From assembly GCA_004431415.1 (NCBI GenBank), contig QPMI01000496.1, forward strand, positions 248,001-312,000: a stretch of 64,000 bases of DNA. Direction: 5' to 3'. Numbering within the stretch: the stretch's first letter is position 1; each line of letters opens with the position of its first letter. Source of the DNA: Cyanophora paradoxa CCMP329. Its lineage: Eukaryota > Plantae > Glaucophyta. Positions 1 through 12,785 of the stretch are shown in pieces. A program made the position numbers and the translations under genes. Under the pieces are notes generated by a model. It was not told the origin of the DNA, made no database searches, and was given only the letters and a program-made list of their open reading frames with translations.

Positions 1-3000
1 CGTCCGAGCTCGAGCCGCCGTTGTCGGCGAACGCGTGGGCGCCGGCATCGTTCGCGTCGTCGTCGTGGTGGGCGACGGCGATCGTCGGCGCCGCCCGCTG
101 CGGCTGCTCGACCGCGCCGGACTCCGCCGCCTCCGGCCCGCCCGGGGCCGGGGCCGCCTCCGGCCTCGCGGGGGGCGCCAGGGCGAAGCGGATCGCGCTG
201 GTGCTCCCGACGCGCCGCATCTCGCCCAGGTTCGGCCGCTTGGCCGGCCCGCATCCCCGGCGCCGGCGCCGTGGTCCGCGCTGGGCCCCATCGCCCCGAT
301 GCCGCCCGAGGCTCCGCCCGCCGCCGGCGCCGACGCCGACGCCGACGCGGCGCGGTCGGTCGAAGCGAGCTCGTCGCGATCGCGGTCGTGCCTCGCCGGC
401 CTGAGCGACGGGTTCTCGGGGCGGTCGGCGTCCTCGTCCTCGTCCACCTCGTCCTGCGTGCAGTGCGGATCCGGATCCGCTTATGTTCGATTATGTAATA
501 TCTATCTACGGAACGCGTACGTCGAGATTCTTGACTCCGCTTTTGTACTCCTGCTTGTTCGTCTCCTCGTACTCGTCTGCACGCGCGCGTCGTACATGTG
601 ATCAGCGAGTCGAAGGCCGCGGCCGGTGACGGTCGGATTCGGACCAGCGGCGTCGTAGAGGTCCTGGGCGGCCGCCGGGTCGTTCAGCACCTCCTCGTTG
701 AACTGGCCTGATCATGATCGCGACGTTAGCGTTCAGCGCACCCGAGACCGCCCGAGGCAATCATGATGAAATTAGATCCAGAGGAAAGCACCGTAGGAGC
801 GGAGGATGCGGGGGTTGTTGATGCGCGGACGGCGGCCTTGTGGTGCGAGCGGGCCCCCGCAATGTCCTTCTGGAACTCGAGGTGCGCGATCAGCTCCTGC
901 GCGGCGCCGCCCGACGCGCTCTCAGCACCGACAACGAAACAGAGCGGATCCGGACTGCAGACAATCTCTCGGGATCTAGATCACCTCGCTCTCGTTGACG
1001 TGCTTGCCGCGCTTCGCCTGCGCCGCGCCGGCGCCCTGGCTCGCGAGAATGCGCTCCTGCGCCGCCTGGAAGACCTGGAACTCCACGTCCAGGAACTGCG
1101 ATTCGAATTTCCGCGTCAATTTCCGTGCATGGGCGTGGGGCCGCGCGCGGGCGACGCGGTATTTGGACGCGCCGGCCCGCGCTTGCCGGCCTCCTCGTAG
1201 GAGCGGTAGCCCGACTGCGTGTTCTCGCTGTGGCGGAGGAGGAACTGCCCGTAGCAGAGGCGGACGGCCGCCGAGTGCGGGTGCAGCGCCAGCGCCCGCT
1301 GGTAGATCTGCTCCGCCACCAGCACCGACGGCGGCGATGCGTCGCGGTGCAAGAACTGCGCGGCGAATTCGAACGTCAGAGAGAACCAAAGGGGTCGGAG
1401 GCAGGCAGCGCGGCCTTCTTGCATTCTCTGCGCGAGCGAGCGAGCGCGCGGCGCGGCGCGGCGCACCCGCGTCCCGACCTCCGCGTGCCAGGCGCTGGAG
1501 AGGCCCAGGCCGAAGACGCGGCCCGTGCAGAGCCGCCGCTCGAAGAAGAGGCGGGAGAGGAACCAGCCGCCGGCGAACGAGGCGGCGATCCCGACGACGC
1601 AGGCTGCGATGAAGGCGCCCGGGGAGGCCCCGCCCGCCACGAGCCGCTCTGCGTAGCGGCCCTCGACGAAGACGAGGAGGGAGACCCACGTGTAGGCGGA
1701 GAGCGCGGCGGCCCGCAGCTGGTTCAGCCTCAGCCTGCATGCCCGCCGCCCTCGTCAGCGCCGCGCGCACGCCCGGCTCGAATTCGAATTTCGGTGGAAA
1801 TCAGCGCACTCGTAGTAGGGGAAGTACTTCAGGACGCTGTAGACGCACGCGATCCCGCAGGCGAGGCCGACCAGACCTTCAAATTCCGCCCCGATCCAAA
1901 CATCAGAACAGATCTAGCTATAGAGGCGCCGGCCGATAAAAGGTCGACTAGTTTTGCGTTGCGCACCCGTCCACATCCTGGGGATGGAGGAGATCGACAG
2001 GAAGACGCAGCCGAAGGCCATCGCCGCGAGGTAGACGAGCTGCTCGCGGCTGTGCACTCGCGCCTGCGCCGGCCGATCCGCGCGCGCCGTGTCACGAGCC
2101 GACGCGACGCCAGGCAAGTGCGCGGAAGCGGCGCGGCGGGCCGGGGCGAATGGCACTAGTACTACGGTACTGACCGTGAAGGCGTGGCGCTGCCCCGGCT
2201 TGGACTCGTAGAAGAACAGGGCGTAGAGGAGGACCTGGGAGGCGAAGAGGAGCAGGGCGACCACCGAGATCGCCGCGTACAGCATGTGCTTCCCGCTCCA
2301 GCACGTCCTAAAAATAGCATCCGCCGCGCCGGGATCGAAACTTCGCCGGATCGAATTCGAGGGGGAGGGCGCATGCGCACCAGTCGGCGGGGAAGCTGGC
2401 GTGCGGGGCCGACGCGGCGCTCCAGATGCCGGAGGGGCAGTCCAGCGGCTCCAGGAGGATCACGACTGCCAGCGCAGGGCCGGGGTCAAGATCGTCAGAT
2501 ATCATTCCCTGAATTTCAACGACAACGCGGGGATCCTGGAAATGAGAGTTTTCAATTGGCGCACGGACGGGAATGTAGGCGGCGGATGGGAGGAAGTGGC
2601 CCGCGATACGCGTGTACCTCACTGCACCGGAACGGGGCGGGCTCGAATTCAGTAGAGGGCATTTAACATGACTCGCGATTCAATTTCTTAAAGATCGCGA
2701 CGCTAATAAGAGCTCGCTTGACAGAGGCGCACGGGGAAACTTGAAGCGAAACCGGTGCTGCATCGAAATTAAAATGATCATGAGCGGCAGATCAAGAAAA
2801 ATGAATATTTAGTGATATCGATATATTATAAGCCTAGACAAAGCTCGAGCTTGCATGAGCTGAAGTCAACATAACGGACCGTCTTGAAGGCGTATCCCAA
2901 GTAGCACATGTTGGCGAAGGCGGCGACGACGAGGGCCACCGTCACCGCCCAGACCGCCTCGAAGCTGGGCGGGCGGGCGGGCGTCAGCTGCAGGCGACCG

Positions 3001-3684
3001 CGATCGGGCTCGGTGGCCGCGGCCGATCCAAGGATCCCGCAGGTCTAGGCCCAGGCCCAGGGGCGCACTCCTTCATCTTGACGCCGTCGAACTTGGTGTA
3101 CCGCACCAGGTTCCTCCGGAACGCGGCCCCGGCGCTCGCGTCGCCCGCGAGATCTCCCTCCCACGAACTGCGGACGCGTCTCAGAGTCTAATTTAAATTC
3201 GCTGAAAGCCCAGTAACGCGATCGAATCCGCGAGTTTGCATTTGTATATATCTGGCCATGGTGTCGAACATGTACAGCGGCGCACCCGTAACCAAAGCAG
3301 GACAGAGGGAGGAAGATGACGCATAGGTACTGAATGACGGTATCCGCAGCAAACCACCGTGGGGCCCTGTGAGTGTCCTGCGCACGATCGCGAGCGGCCA
3401 GCACATGTTATGCGCGGCGTACGTATACGCGTATAAATGTAAAACAGATTTAGTGATCACGATGACGTGTAAAACACGCTTCAGCTAATCCGGGCGCGCG
3501 CGCGTGCCTTGCCGACAATAAGGGAGACTCCGAAGATGAGGTCCCGGGCGTGTCCGAGGGCCTCCCGCAGCTCGCCGAACGCATTGGAGCGCTCAGTGCC
3601 GGACCACGCGCTCTGGGAGCCGCGGCTGGACTGGGACCCGGCCTGGCTCCCCCCTGCGCTGGCGCCTCTCCGCTTGGGCCCCAT
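1..3684 (-). CDS. TmcB/TmcC (tiny macrocysts)-like multi-pass membrane protein with TPR-like region; multi-exon, probably runs off the window start
   Basis: Probable start exon MGPKRRG...DLIFGVSLIVGK (ATG 3684). Several hydrophobic exons follow (DTVIQYLCVIFLPL; YAAISVVALLLFASQVLLYALFFYE), then TPR-like EQIYQRALALHPHSAAVRLCYGQFL, FLDVEFQVFQ and ELIAHLEFQK. Family assigned by motif recall. Confidence 0.55.
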
Positions 3685-5013
3685 GGTGAGAGCTCCGATG
3701 CTCGCGAGCTAAGATGAGGCAGAGCTGATCCCAGCTGCGAATTCGAAGCCGCCGCTGCCCAGCGACTTGGTCCGATCCTGAATTCAAAGAGCCATGCGCG
3801 GTGCTGCTGGCAGCTTCTCACGACTCTACACCTGCAGCTGCAGCTGGATCCGAGGCTGATCGGACTAGTACTAGGACTGAAAGCCTCTGCTGGCAGGCTG
3901 CTGCTGCTCACTCGGTCAGCGGCTGCCTTTCCGATCCGCGCTAGCGCTGTCCGCGCGCGACGCTGCCCAGGCTGCTGTTGCTTAGCGGTCAGCTATACTT
4001 GTAGTCCCGCGCGCGCTGAGAGCTCGTCGATCGCAGGCTCGAGCACTTGTGACAGACAGTCACAGACTGATCATGACAGTGTATACGCGCTCAGCCTAGA
4101 GTCAGCTACGCCGGCTATAGCTATAGCTATAGCTACTTCTGATGATCATGCCGCAGTGCCATGATGATCGCTGGGCGCGAATCCAGGGCGATACTATGAG
4201 GAAACGTCAACGCAGGCGCAGTGGTCCGGCGCCGCGGTGATGCGCATGTAGGGAGCGCGGCCCCGGGGTACAGGCCTATTGGATAGGGCCGCACGTAAAA
4301 GATTGATGCTGCCAAAGTTGTTCGCAGCTACATGAATGATTCTGCAGCTGCACTCGACGTGACGCCGCAGGTCACAAAGGCATTGTGAGAATTTGTGACG
4401 TCACTGACGTGACGGCAGACGTCGGCAGTAACGGCCGATCACGATATCGATCGATCGCGATCGCGATTCGCGATTTACGATTCGCGCGCACCGATTTGAT
4501 CGATTTTTGCGAGTCTGCCGGGAACACGAAGCGGTTTTTCCCCCGTGCATTTGCTTTTGAACGGCGGGCGTGCTTACCGCCCAAGATCTGAAAGCAAGCT
4601 GAGTTTTTCCCAAATTTTTTTGTTTAGTTTTCCGTAGTTTATTATTAGGGGAGTCGACAATTCACGGACGTACAATTAAAGCCCCTGGGTTTTTCGGAAA
4701 ACTTTTTCCCAAAAGTTTCATGAAAGCTAACGTTATAGCTCGGATTCGGAAGGGCGGGAGGGGGGTGGGGGAGGGGGGGAGGGGGGGGGGGGGCCCGTGG
4801 GCGGGCCGGGGAGGCGCGGCGTACGCGTCGACGTCCGCGGTCTGCAGCTGGAGGGCGGCGGCGGCGGCGGCGGTGCGGGTGCGGGCCGGGCACGGGCCGT
4901 GGGCCGGCCGGGTGAAGGTCGCGGCTCCGGGGCGGCCGGCCGCGGCGGCAAAGAGGCTGGCGGCGGCCTACGTACACAATTGCAATCAATGACAAGTCAC
5001 TGAGTTCCAATCG

Positions 5014-6873
5014 CTACAAGCGCCTGGCGCCCTCCTTCACGAGGCGCGCTACGAACAGGCCGCTGGTTTTAGAGACCCGCGGGTCGAAGCGGAGCGTCCC
5101 CGGGAGGTGCGGCGAGTCGCGCGCCGGGGCGGCCACCGCCGGCGAGCCCAGGGCCCGCGCGTCCTGGAGCTTGGCCCTCGGCTCCCGCTCCAGAAACCAG
5201 CGCACGACGTCCTCGTTCTGCCGCCGCGCGTAGCTGCAGGTCGAGTACACCAGCGTCCCGCCGGGCGCCAGCAGCCGGAACCCGTTCGCCAGGAGGGACC
5301 GCTGCCCGGCCGCGCCCCGAGCTGAGTCAGAGGCCGGGGATCGGACCCGGGCAGGGGGACGGGGGGGGGGGGGGAGGGGAGGGGGGGGAGGGGGGGAGGG
5401 GGGGAGGGGAGGGGGGGGAGGACCTGGAGGGACTCCAGAGACGCCACGCGCGCGGGGTCCGTCAGCCACCGCTCGTACGAGCTCGGGCCCTGCTGCTTCA
5501 GCCTGCGCCGGTACCCCGCTCAGAGAGCGTATCCCCTCAGAAGAAAAGGCGCCTGGAAGCGAGAGGGGCCCACTTGGCGACGTGGCGGTGGCTCCCGTCG
5601 TGCGTGCACTCCGCGTCCACCAGCACCTGGCCGGAGGGGCTCAGGAGGGCCGGAAGAAAGAGAGCACAAGTCGAGGAGCCTTGGCCTAGGAGCCAGCAGC
5701 TACCTTGTCGAAGGACTCCTCCGCCTCCTCCGCCTCGCCCCCCGGCCCCGGCCCCGGCCCGCCTCCCTCCCCCTCGAGCCGCGAGGCCTCCTCCAGGGCC
5801 GCCCGCGCCCTGTGCCGCGCCTTCTTGTTCCTGCGCGCGCGCGCCCTCTCGGCGCTATTCTTAGACCGGCGCGGGGTACGCGCGCACCGCTTCGCGGTGG
5901 CGCGGGCGGCGGGGGACCCGGCGGGCGCGTAGATCGCGATGGGCCCGGGGGAGACGCGCATCCACCCCAGGGGCTCGCCGACGGCGCCGGCGCCGGCGCG
6001 GTGGTCGCCCCCGCCCCGCGCCGCGAGCTTCGGGGGCGCGAAGGTGGTCCCGTCCGCCAGGTAGAGGCGGGCGTTCGCGACGCGGTACCTGAGGAGGAGG
6101 GACCGGCACGCCGCCATGCGCCGCGCGCTCACGTCCACCCCGACCACGACGCCTGCCCGGCTCGCTCAGGGGGGTAGAGGGATGGGGGGCAGGGGGGCGG
6201 GGACCGTGCGGGGCGACGAGGTCGGCGATGAGGGAGGCCTTGGCGCCGGGCGCGCAGCAGAGGTCCAGCACGCGCTCGCCGGGCCGCGGGTCCAACAGGG
6301 CGACGGCCGCGCCGCTCGCGGCGTCGATGCCGTAGACCTGCCCCCGCGCGTACGCGTCGGCGCCCGCCAGCTGCGCGCTCGCCGCCGCCTCGTAGAACCC
6401 GAGGCCGCGCAGCCAGGGGACTTCGCGCAGGGGCCCGAGCTGCGCCTCCAGCGCCGCGCGCTCCGGCGGGTCGCGCGGGTTGAAGCGGAGGTACCGCGGC
6501 ACCTCCACCGCCTCCAGCGGGCGCTCCGGGCCCTCGCCGCCGTCGCCCTCGGCCCCGCCGGACGGCGCGAGCGCGCGCCTGGGCTCCCTGCGGTCCGCGT
6601 GAGACGAGCGAGCGGAGCGCGGAGGCGCCTGGCGGCGCAAGGCGGCCGCGGACCTCGAGCTCCCGCAGGCGTCCTCCGCGACGCCCTCGTCTTCGATCGC
6701 ATCCTCCTCGCTGGATGAGCCGCTGAGGCGCACTTTGTCGGTGAGCGGAAGGCGAGGCGCGCGCGCTGGGCGCGCGCCGCGCATGCGGCGGCTCCGGCTG
6801 CGAACCTGCAGCGGTCGCCTGGCCGATGGGGGCGTGTCCGACCACACGAGCGCTCCTCACTGCTGCGATCCAT
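5014..6873 (-). CDS. NOL1/NOP2/Sun (RsmB/F) family RNA cytosine-C5 methyltransferase; multi-exon, start approximate
   Basis: Motifs DAASGAAVALL, PGERVLDLCCAPGAK, VGVDVS, FDKVLVDAECTHDGS and GGTLVYSTCS...QNEDVV across ORFs 5861..6847, 5686..6147 and 5014..5469. Confidence 0.9.
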
Positions 6874-7452
6874 CGCGCTCCAATCGACCGGAGCCGCCGC
6901 CTGGGTGCCTGCGGGGAGTTCAGCGCGGCGCCGACCGCGGCGCGGGCTGCACCCGGCGAAGCGAGCGGTGCGCGCCTGCCGTCGACTCCAGATGGCTCCA
7001 AAGCGCTTGCTCAAGCGCCCCGGCGGCGTCGCAGAGCCGGGATCCCGCGCCTCGCTCGCGGTTCGCTCTGCAGAACTAAGAGCTAAGATGGACTAAGCGC
7101 GCCGGAGACTTCTGATGCCGCGTTGCGAGCGCTCGTTCTTGTACCCGCAACCGCCCTGCTTCGCTGTCGTCGCTAGCTCTGCATGTACCCCTTTCCCTGC
7201 CCTGTACCCTCCCTACGGCTCGCTTCCGCTGGCCATGGGCGTGTTACGATGGCAGTTGCCCAGAGCTGATCTTACCGAGCTCGAGCCGTGGACAGATGCA
7301 CCTGGCCGCGTCCCGCACAGCGCGCAGTGGCTGCACTGCACTCACGAACAGGGGAGGGGGCAGGCGGGACGGGGGCCGGGGCGGCGGGGAGGGGGGACGG
7401 GAGGGGCGGGGCGGGGGCCGGGGGCCGCCCAAGAAGACGAAGAGGGAAGGCG

Positions 7453-10400
7453 CTACAAGTACTGTTGCATGTCGGCGTCCTGCTTGGCGAGCTCCAGGAG
7501 CATCGGGTCGTCGAAGAACTTGTTCACCGACACGTCCTCCGACATGCCCTGCCCGGGGGTTAGGGGAGGAGGGGGCGGCGGGCGGGGCGGGGCGCGGGGG
7601 CGGGCCTTCCGGCGGCGGGTCTTGACCATGAAGTCGCGGGCGAGGGCGACACCTTGCGCCGGCTCCAGCGGCCGCAGCGCGATGTTCTGCGCGGCGCGGC
7701 CTTCGTCAGAGGCGGCGGCGCCGGCGGCCGAGCGCACGGGCGCCGGCGTCTGTCTCGGGCGCACCTTGTCCAGGGGGTCGCCCGGTACCAGCTGCCAGTG
7801 GTCGAACACCGACATGACGAACGCCTGGCCCTGCGGGGTACGGTGCCGCCTCAGGAGGGTACGGACGGGCGGGACGGGGAGGGGGGAGGGAAGGCGGGCC
7901 TGTGTGCTGGAGCGGAGGTCCGTCTCGAATCCGAACGAGTCGATGACGGGGATCAGCGCCTGCGGGGGGTACGCGTCGCGTGAGGGGGGACGAAGGGCGG
8001 GGGTACGGGGCGGGGCGCGCCTTCACGATGTAGAGGGGGCTACCCGGCTTGGGCAGGTCCTGCGTCACGTGCCCCCTGCGCGGCGGGTGAGGGGGGTACG
8101 AGATTGCGAGGGTGCGGGGAGGGGTACCTGCGCCGGGCAAGCACTGTGTATACGGCGGCGATGCAGTCCGCGGGGGCCTGCGCGGGGCGGGCGCTTGAGA
8201 ACCGCGCGGGGGGACAGGAACGCGGCGGCGCAAAGAAAGGGGGTACCTGGATCTCGCAGAAGTAAACGGGCTCCATGAGGCGGGGGGTAGCCATGAGGAA
8301 CGCGCTGTAGGCGACGCGCCGCGCCGTGGGAATCATCTGCCGCGAGCGTCGGGGGCCGCTCCCGGGGGTACGGGGTTCTGCGGGGGGTACGGCGGACCTG
8401 GCCGCCGCCGCGGAGGATCGGCTCGGAGGCGATCGTCGCGTCGAGGATCTGCGGGGGGCGGGGCGGGCTCGAGCCGGGCCCGAGGAGGAAAGGGGCCCCG
8501 CCGGGATTCGAACCTTGAACTTGACGTTGCGGATGGGCTCGTCGCACAGGGGCCCCTCGCGCGTGCCCCACTGGAAGCCCTGCGGCGGCCGTCGCAACCG
8601 AGCGGAGCGGACCCCCCGAGGGGAAATGGGGGGTACGGGATCGCGCGCGCCTGGACCACGGAGTCGCGGACGGCGTTGAGGAGGCCCTTGTCGACCTCGG
8701 AGGGGAGGGTGTCGTCGACGAGGACGTTGGGGCCCCGCGCGTCCGGCCCGAACGCCCAGATGGAGCGCGCCGCGAGCAGGTCCCACTCGTACTTCGTCTG
8801 GAAGAACTCGGAGACGCGCTTCTTCTCCCACGTCAGCGCCACCTTGCCGAACTCGATGTCCTCCGCCAAGCCCTTCTCCAGCGGCTCCGCGATCATCGTC
8901 AGCTTGTTCCTGCGCGCGAGGAGCTTGAGAAGGGGGGGCGGGGGGGAAGGAGGCGGCGGGGGTACGCGCTTCTTGTTCGGGGTCTCCGCGAAGCACTTGA
9001 GCGACGACGTCTCGACGACCGTCTCGCAGAACGAGACGCTCGGGTCCGCCACCTTGGGGGGGTACGGGGCTCAGAAAGTGGGGAGGAGCGGGGTGGGGAG
9101 AGTTCGGCGGGGGCACCTTGATCTCGATCTCGGAGTACATCTTGCGGAGGTCGTGCATGATGCAGTCGAGGTAGAGCTCGCCCGTGCCCAGGATGACGTG
9201 CTCGCCCGACTCCTCCACCTTGGTCTGGGCCAGCGGGTACGACTTGTTGATCTTGCGCAGGCCGTCGAGCATCTTCGGGAGCTCGGAGGGGTTGATCGGC
9301 TCGGCCGCGAGCTGCGCGCGCCCCGCCCCGCCCCGGTCGGAAACGGGTACGGGAGGAGGAGGAAGGGCGGGCGGGGGCAGAGGGCACCTTGACGACGGAG
9401 ATGGTGTTGTGGGGGAGGGGGCGGAAGATGTAGAAATCGAGGGTGTCCTTGGCGGACGTGATCGTCGCCGACTTCATGATCGAGGCTGCGCGGCCGGGCC
9501 GGCGGCGTGAGGCCGGGCCGGCGGGCGGGGCGGGGCAGGGGCGCCGGCGCGAATGCTGCCCGGCGGGCCGGTCGGCCGCACCGTCGACGCCCTCGATGAG
9601 TACCCAGGCGCCGGGCCCCGCCTTCTGGACCTCCAGGCGGTACCGGGACTGCGGGGCACGCGTCGGCGGGCGGGCGGCGGGACGGGGGAACGAAACGCGG
9701 GAGGGGGGTACGGGGGCACCTGGTGGATCCAGAGCTTGGAGACGTCCTTGACGGACATGTCCTCCTCGTCCTCGAGGGTGTACCCCTCGCCGAGGACGTT
9801 GACGGTGTCGCCCACGCGGATGGTGCCCGAGTAGACGCGGGCGAGCGCGTCGAAGGTCGAGCAGTCCGGCTTCGCGTACAGCTTGCACACGTTCACCATC
9901 AGCGGGCCCTGCCGCGCGGGGCTCGCTTCAGAGGGGCGCGGCGGCTGCAAGGGGTACCGTCGAAAACGCACCTCGGGGTCGCACTTGCGCATCGCCTCCG
10001 CGGCCTCGGTATCCATGGGGCCCGTGTAGATGTGCTCGACCTGCGGCGCGGAGGCCTGAGCGGGGCGCCGGGGGCGCGGGCGGGAGGGGGTACGGGCGCA
10101 CCTTCGTGGCGGCGTTGGCGGCGGGGGAGGGGACGTGCCGGACAACCATGTCGACGAAGCCTGGGGCCCAGGAGGAGTCAGAGAAGGGATGAAGGACGAA
10201 GGGGGAAGGGGCGCGGGCGGGGCACCGGTGGCGCGGCCGAAGAACTGGGAGCAGATGAGCTTGAGCAGGGGCTTGTTGTTCATGAAGAGCTGCGAGGTCT
10301 TCAGCTCCACGCCGAGCTCCGCCAGCGTCGCCTGCGCCCGGGTCGGGTCAGGGGCGGCCGGGGGCGGCGCGGGGCGGCGCGAGGGGTACGCGGACCTTGA

Positions 10401-12427
10401 GATTGTCGGGGTTCTCGCTGACGGCCTGCGAGAAGATCTTGTAGATGGGCTCCATGATGAAGTGCACGAAGGTGCGCTGCGTACACAGGATTAGAAGGGG
10501 GGGGTGGGGGGGGGGAGAGAGATGGGGTACGCGGGCGCCGACCTGGGCGCCCGAGCTCGGCTGCTTCTTCGTGAACTTGCGGGTCTCCTGCGCGGGGGCT
10601 GAGGGGGGTACGCGGTCTCCGGTTTGCGGAGGGGGTACCTCGTTGTAGTAAATGTCGCCCCAGAGCCGCTTCGCGAACTCGTCGCCAGAGAAGCCGCCTG
10701 GGATCGAGTCGGAAAGGGACGAAAAGGACGGGAAGGGGGTACGCGGACCGTAGTACTCGGAGTACATATCGGCGAACTGCGCGGGCGCTCAGGGGGCACA
10801 AAGGAAAGGAAAGGAAAGGAATGAAGAAGCGGAGAGGGGCGTGCCTGCTTGAGGGTGAAGCTGAAGCCCATGAGCGTGCTCGCGAAGCAGACGTTGCCGA
10901 GCTCCGGTGAGACGCGGATGGGGCCCTCCGCGCCTGCCGTCCGCGCGGCGCGGCGCCGGTCGGCGGGCGGGCGAGCGGGCGGGCGGGCCGGAGCGGGGAG
11001 GCGGGCGGGGGGACGCGGACCGTAGGAGCAGGAGGCGAGGACGGTGTTCACGTCCTCGAGCGTGTGCCGGATCTTGTGGTACGCGTCCGCGGGCGGGAGC
11101 TTCAGCTCCATGATCAGGCGGTCGATCTGCCGCGGGCGGGCGCGGGCGTGAGGCGGGCGAGCGGGCGGGCGTCGGGCCGGGCGCGTGGCGCGTGCGGCGG
11201 ACCTTGTTGATGACGACGGTGATGGCCACGCGCTCAGCGACGGCGCACTTGATCGCGCGCTCCGTCTGGACCATCACCTGGCGGGGCGCGGCGGGTGAGC
11301 CCCTGCCGGCGCCGACGCTGCGAGGGAGCGCGGCGCACTCCCTCGATGGCGTCGACCACGATCACGACGCCGTCGGCAAGGCGAATCGAGGCGCACATCT
11401 CTGCGCGCGCGGCGGCCCGCGTCGGCGGCGGCGGGCGTGGCGGCGAAGAGAGCCGAAGGGGAGGAAGGCACCGTCCGAGAAGTTGACGTGTCCGGGGGTG
11501 TCCATGATGTTCAGGAGCTGGCTCTTGCCCTGTGCAAAGGTCTCGGACCGGCGGCGGCGCGGCGGCGCGGCGCGGAGGCGCGGCGGCCGGACCTTGCCGT
11601 CGGGGACCACGAGCGACATCGGCATCGCCTTGATCGAGATCGCGCGCTCCTGCTCGTCGACGCGCGTGTCCGTGTACTTGATCTGCGCCGGGCGGCGCGT
11701 GAGGCGGGCGGGAGGCGCAGCGGGCACGCGCCCCCCGCGGACCTGCTTGGCGGGGTCCCAGCCGCGCTCGCGCAAGTGCGTCTGCTGGACCAGCATATCC
11801 ATGAACATGGTCTTCCCGTGGTGAATGTGCCCCACGAACGCGATGTTCCGCATGCGGTCAGGGTAGTCCGTGAGGGAGACGAGGAACCTGGCGGGCGCGT
11901 CGGCGGGCCCGCAGCCCGGCGCGGCGGACGCCCTCGCACTCTTTCGTGAAGGTCGTGATCGGCATCTGCTTCTCGAGGAGCTCGAAGTTCTTCGTCTTGA
12001 CGGGCGCGATGATCGGGACCTCGAGGGGCTGAGTGTCCTCGTCCTGAACCATCGTCTCGACCGAAGGGCCGTAGAGCTCCTCCGCGGACGGGAAGTACTT
12101 CTTGTCCTCAGCTAATATGATGGCGTTCGAAACCGGCCCGTCGTCTGTGGCGGGCCGGGATCAGTCGCGCTCGCGCGCCTACGCATGCGGGAGGCTAGCT
12201 CCCGCCGCGGACGCTCGAAAGCTAGCTCGCGGCGCTCGCTCGCGTGGCGCACCCTCCTCCATCGCGGATGGCTGCTGCTCCTGGGCGGGCGAGGCCCCGG
12301 TCTCCTCCTGCGCGGCCTCCGCCCACTCATCGCGGCGGCGCTGCTCCTCCTGCTGCTGCTCCTCGTCCTCGTCTTCGATTTCGGGGCCTATGTAGTTGCC
12401 GAACTCATCGTAAAGAGACTCGTCCAT
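7453..12427 (-). CDS. EFTUD2: U5 snRNP 116 kDa GTPase (Snu114/EFTUD2); many short introns
   Basis: N-terminus [17 protein letters not shown]; [14 protein letters not shown]; [10 protein letters not shown]; [20 protein letters not shown]; [15 protein letters not shown]; [22 protein letters not shown]; C-terminal [15 protein letters not shown] and [14 protein letters not shown]. Confidence 0.97.
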
Positions 12428-12785
12428 CGTGGCGACGGCCGCGAGCCTCGACGCCGAGTCGACGGCTGCGCTGCCTACGAACTGAACGAGGTCGCGCCCC
12501 GCTGCCTACGAAGCGAGAGAGGGCGTGAAAGCCGGTCGACGCCCGATGTCGCCTGTACCCGTCCACCCGAGCCGGCCTCAGCAAGAAAACGCTCGGCGGC
12601 CCTCTGTACATGTAGCGCAACGCGTGCCTGAAGCGAAATCCTCGACAAAATGCGGGGACTCCTACATCGTGCGCAATTTCACTGCATAATGCTGGACATA
12701 GCAGGCCTCGCGCAGGCCTCGCGTGGCCCGCAGCAGCTGCGGATAACGCCGCGAGCGCTGTTTCCTCGAGCTAAGCGACTCAGAC
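12428..12785. promoter_or_regulatory. Probable bidirectional promoter between head-to-head SNU114 and the BLTP3-like gene
   Basis: Only 358 bp separate the divergent ATGs at 12427 (-) and 12786 (+). Positional inference only. Confidence 0.45.

Noticed and set aside
5351-5420. Long G-runs as functional G-quadruplex elements (also ~4760, ~29760, C-run ~44490)
   Set aside because: They are consistent with the general C-rich intron and low-complexity bias. No specific evidence of function, and homopolymer lengths may be unreliable.
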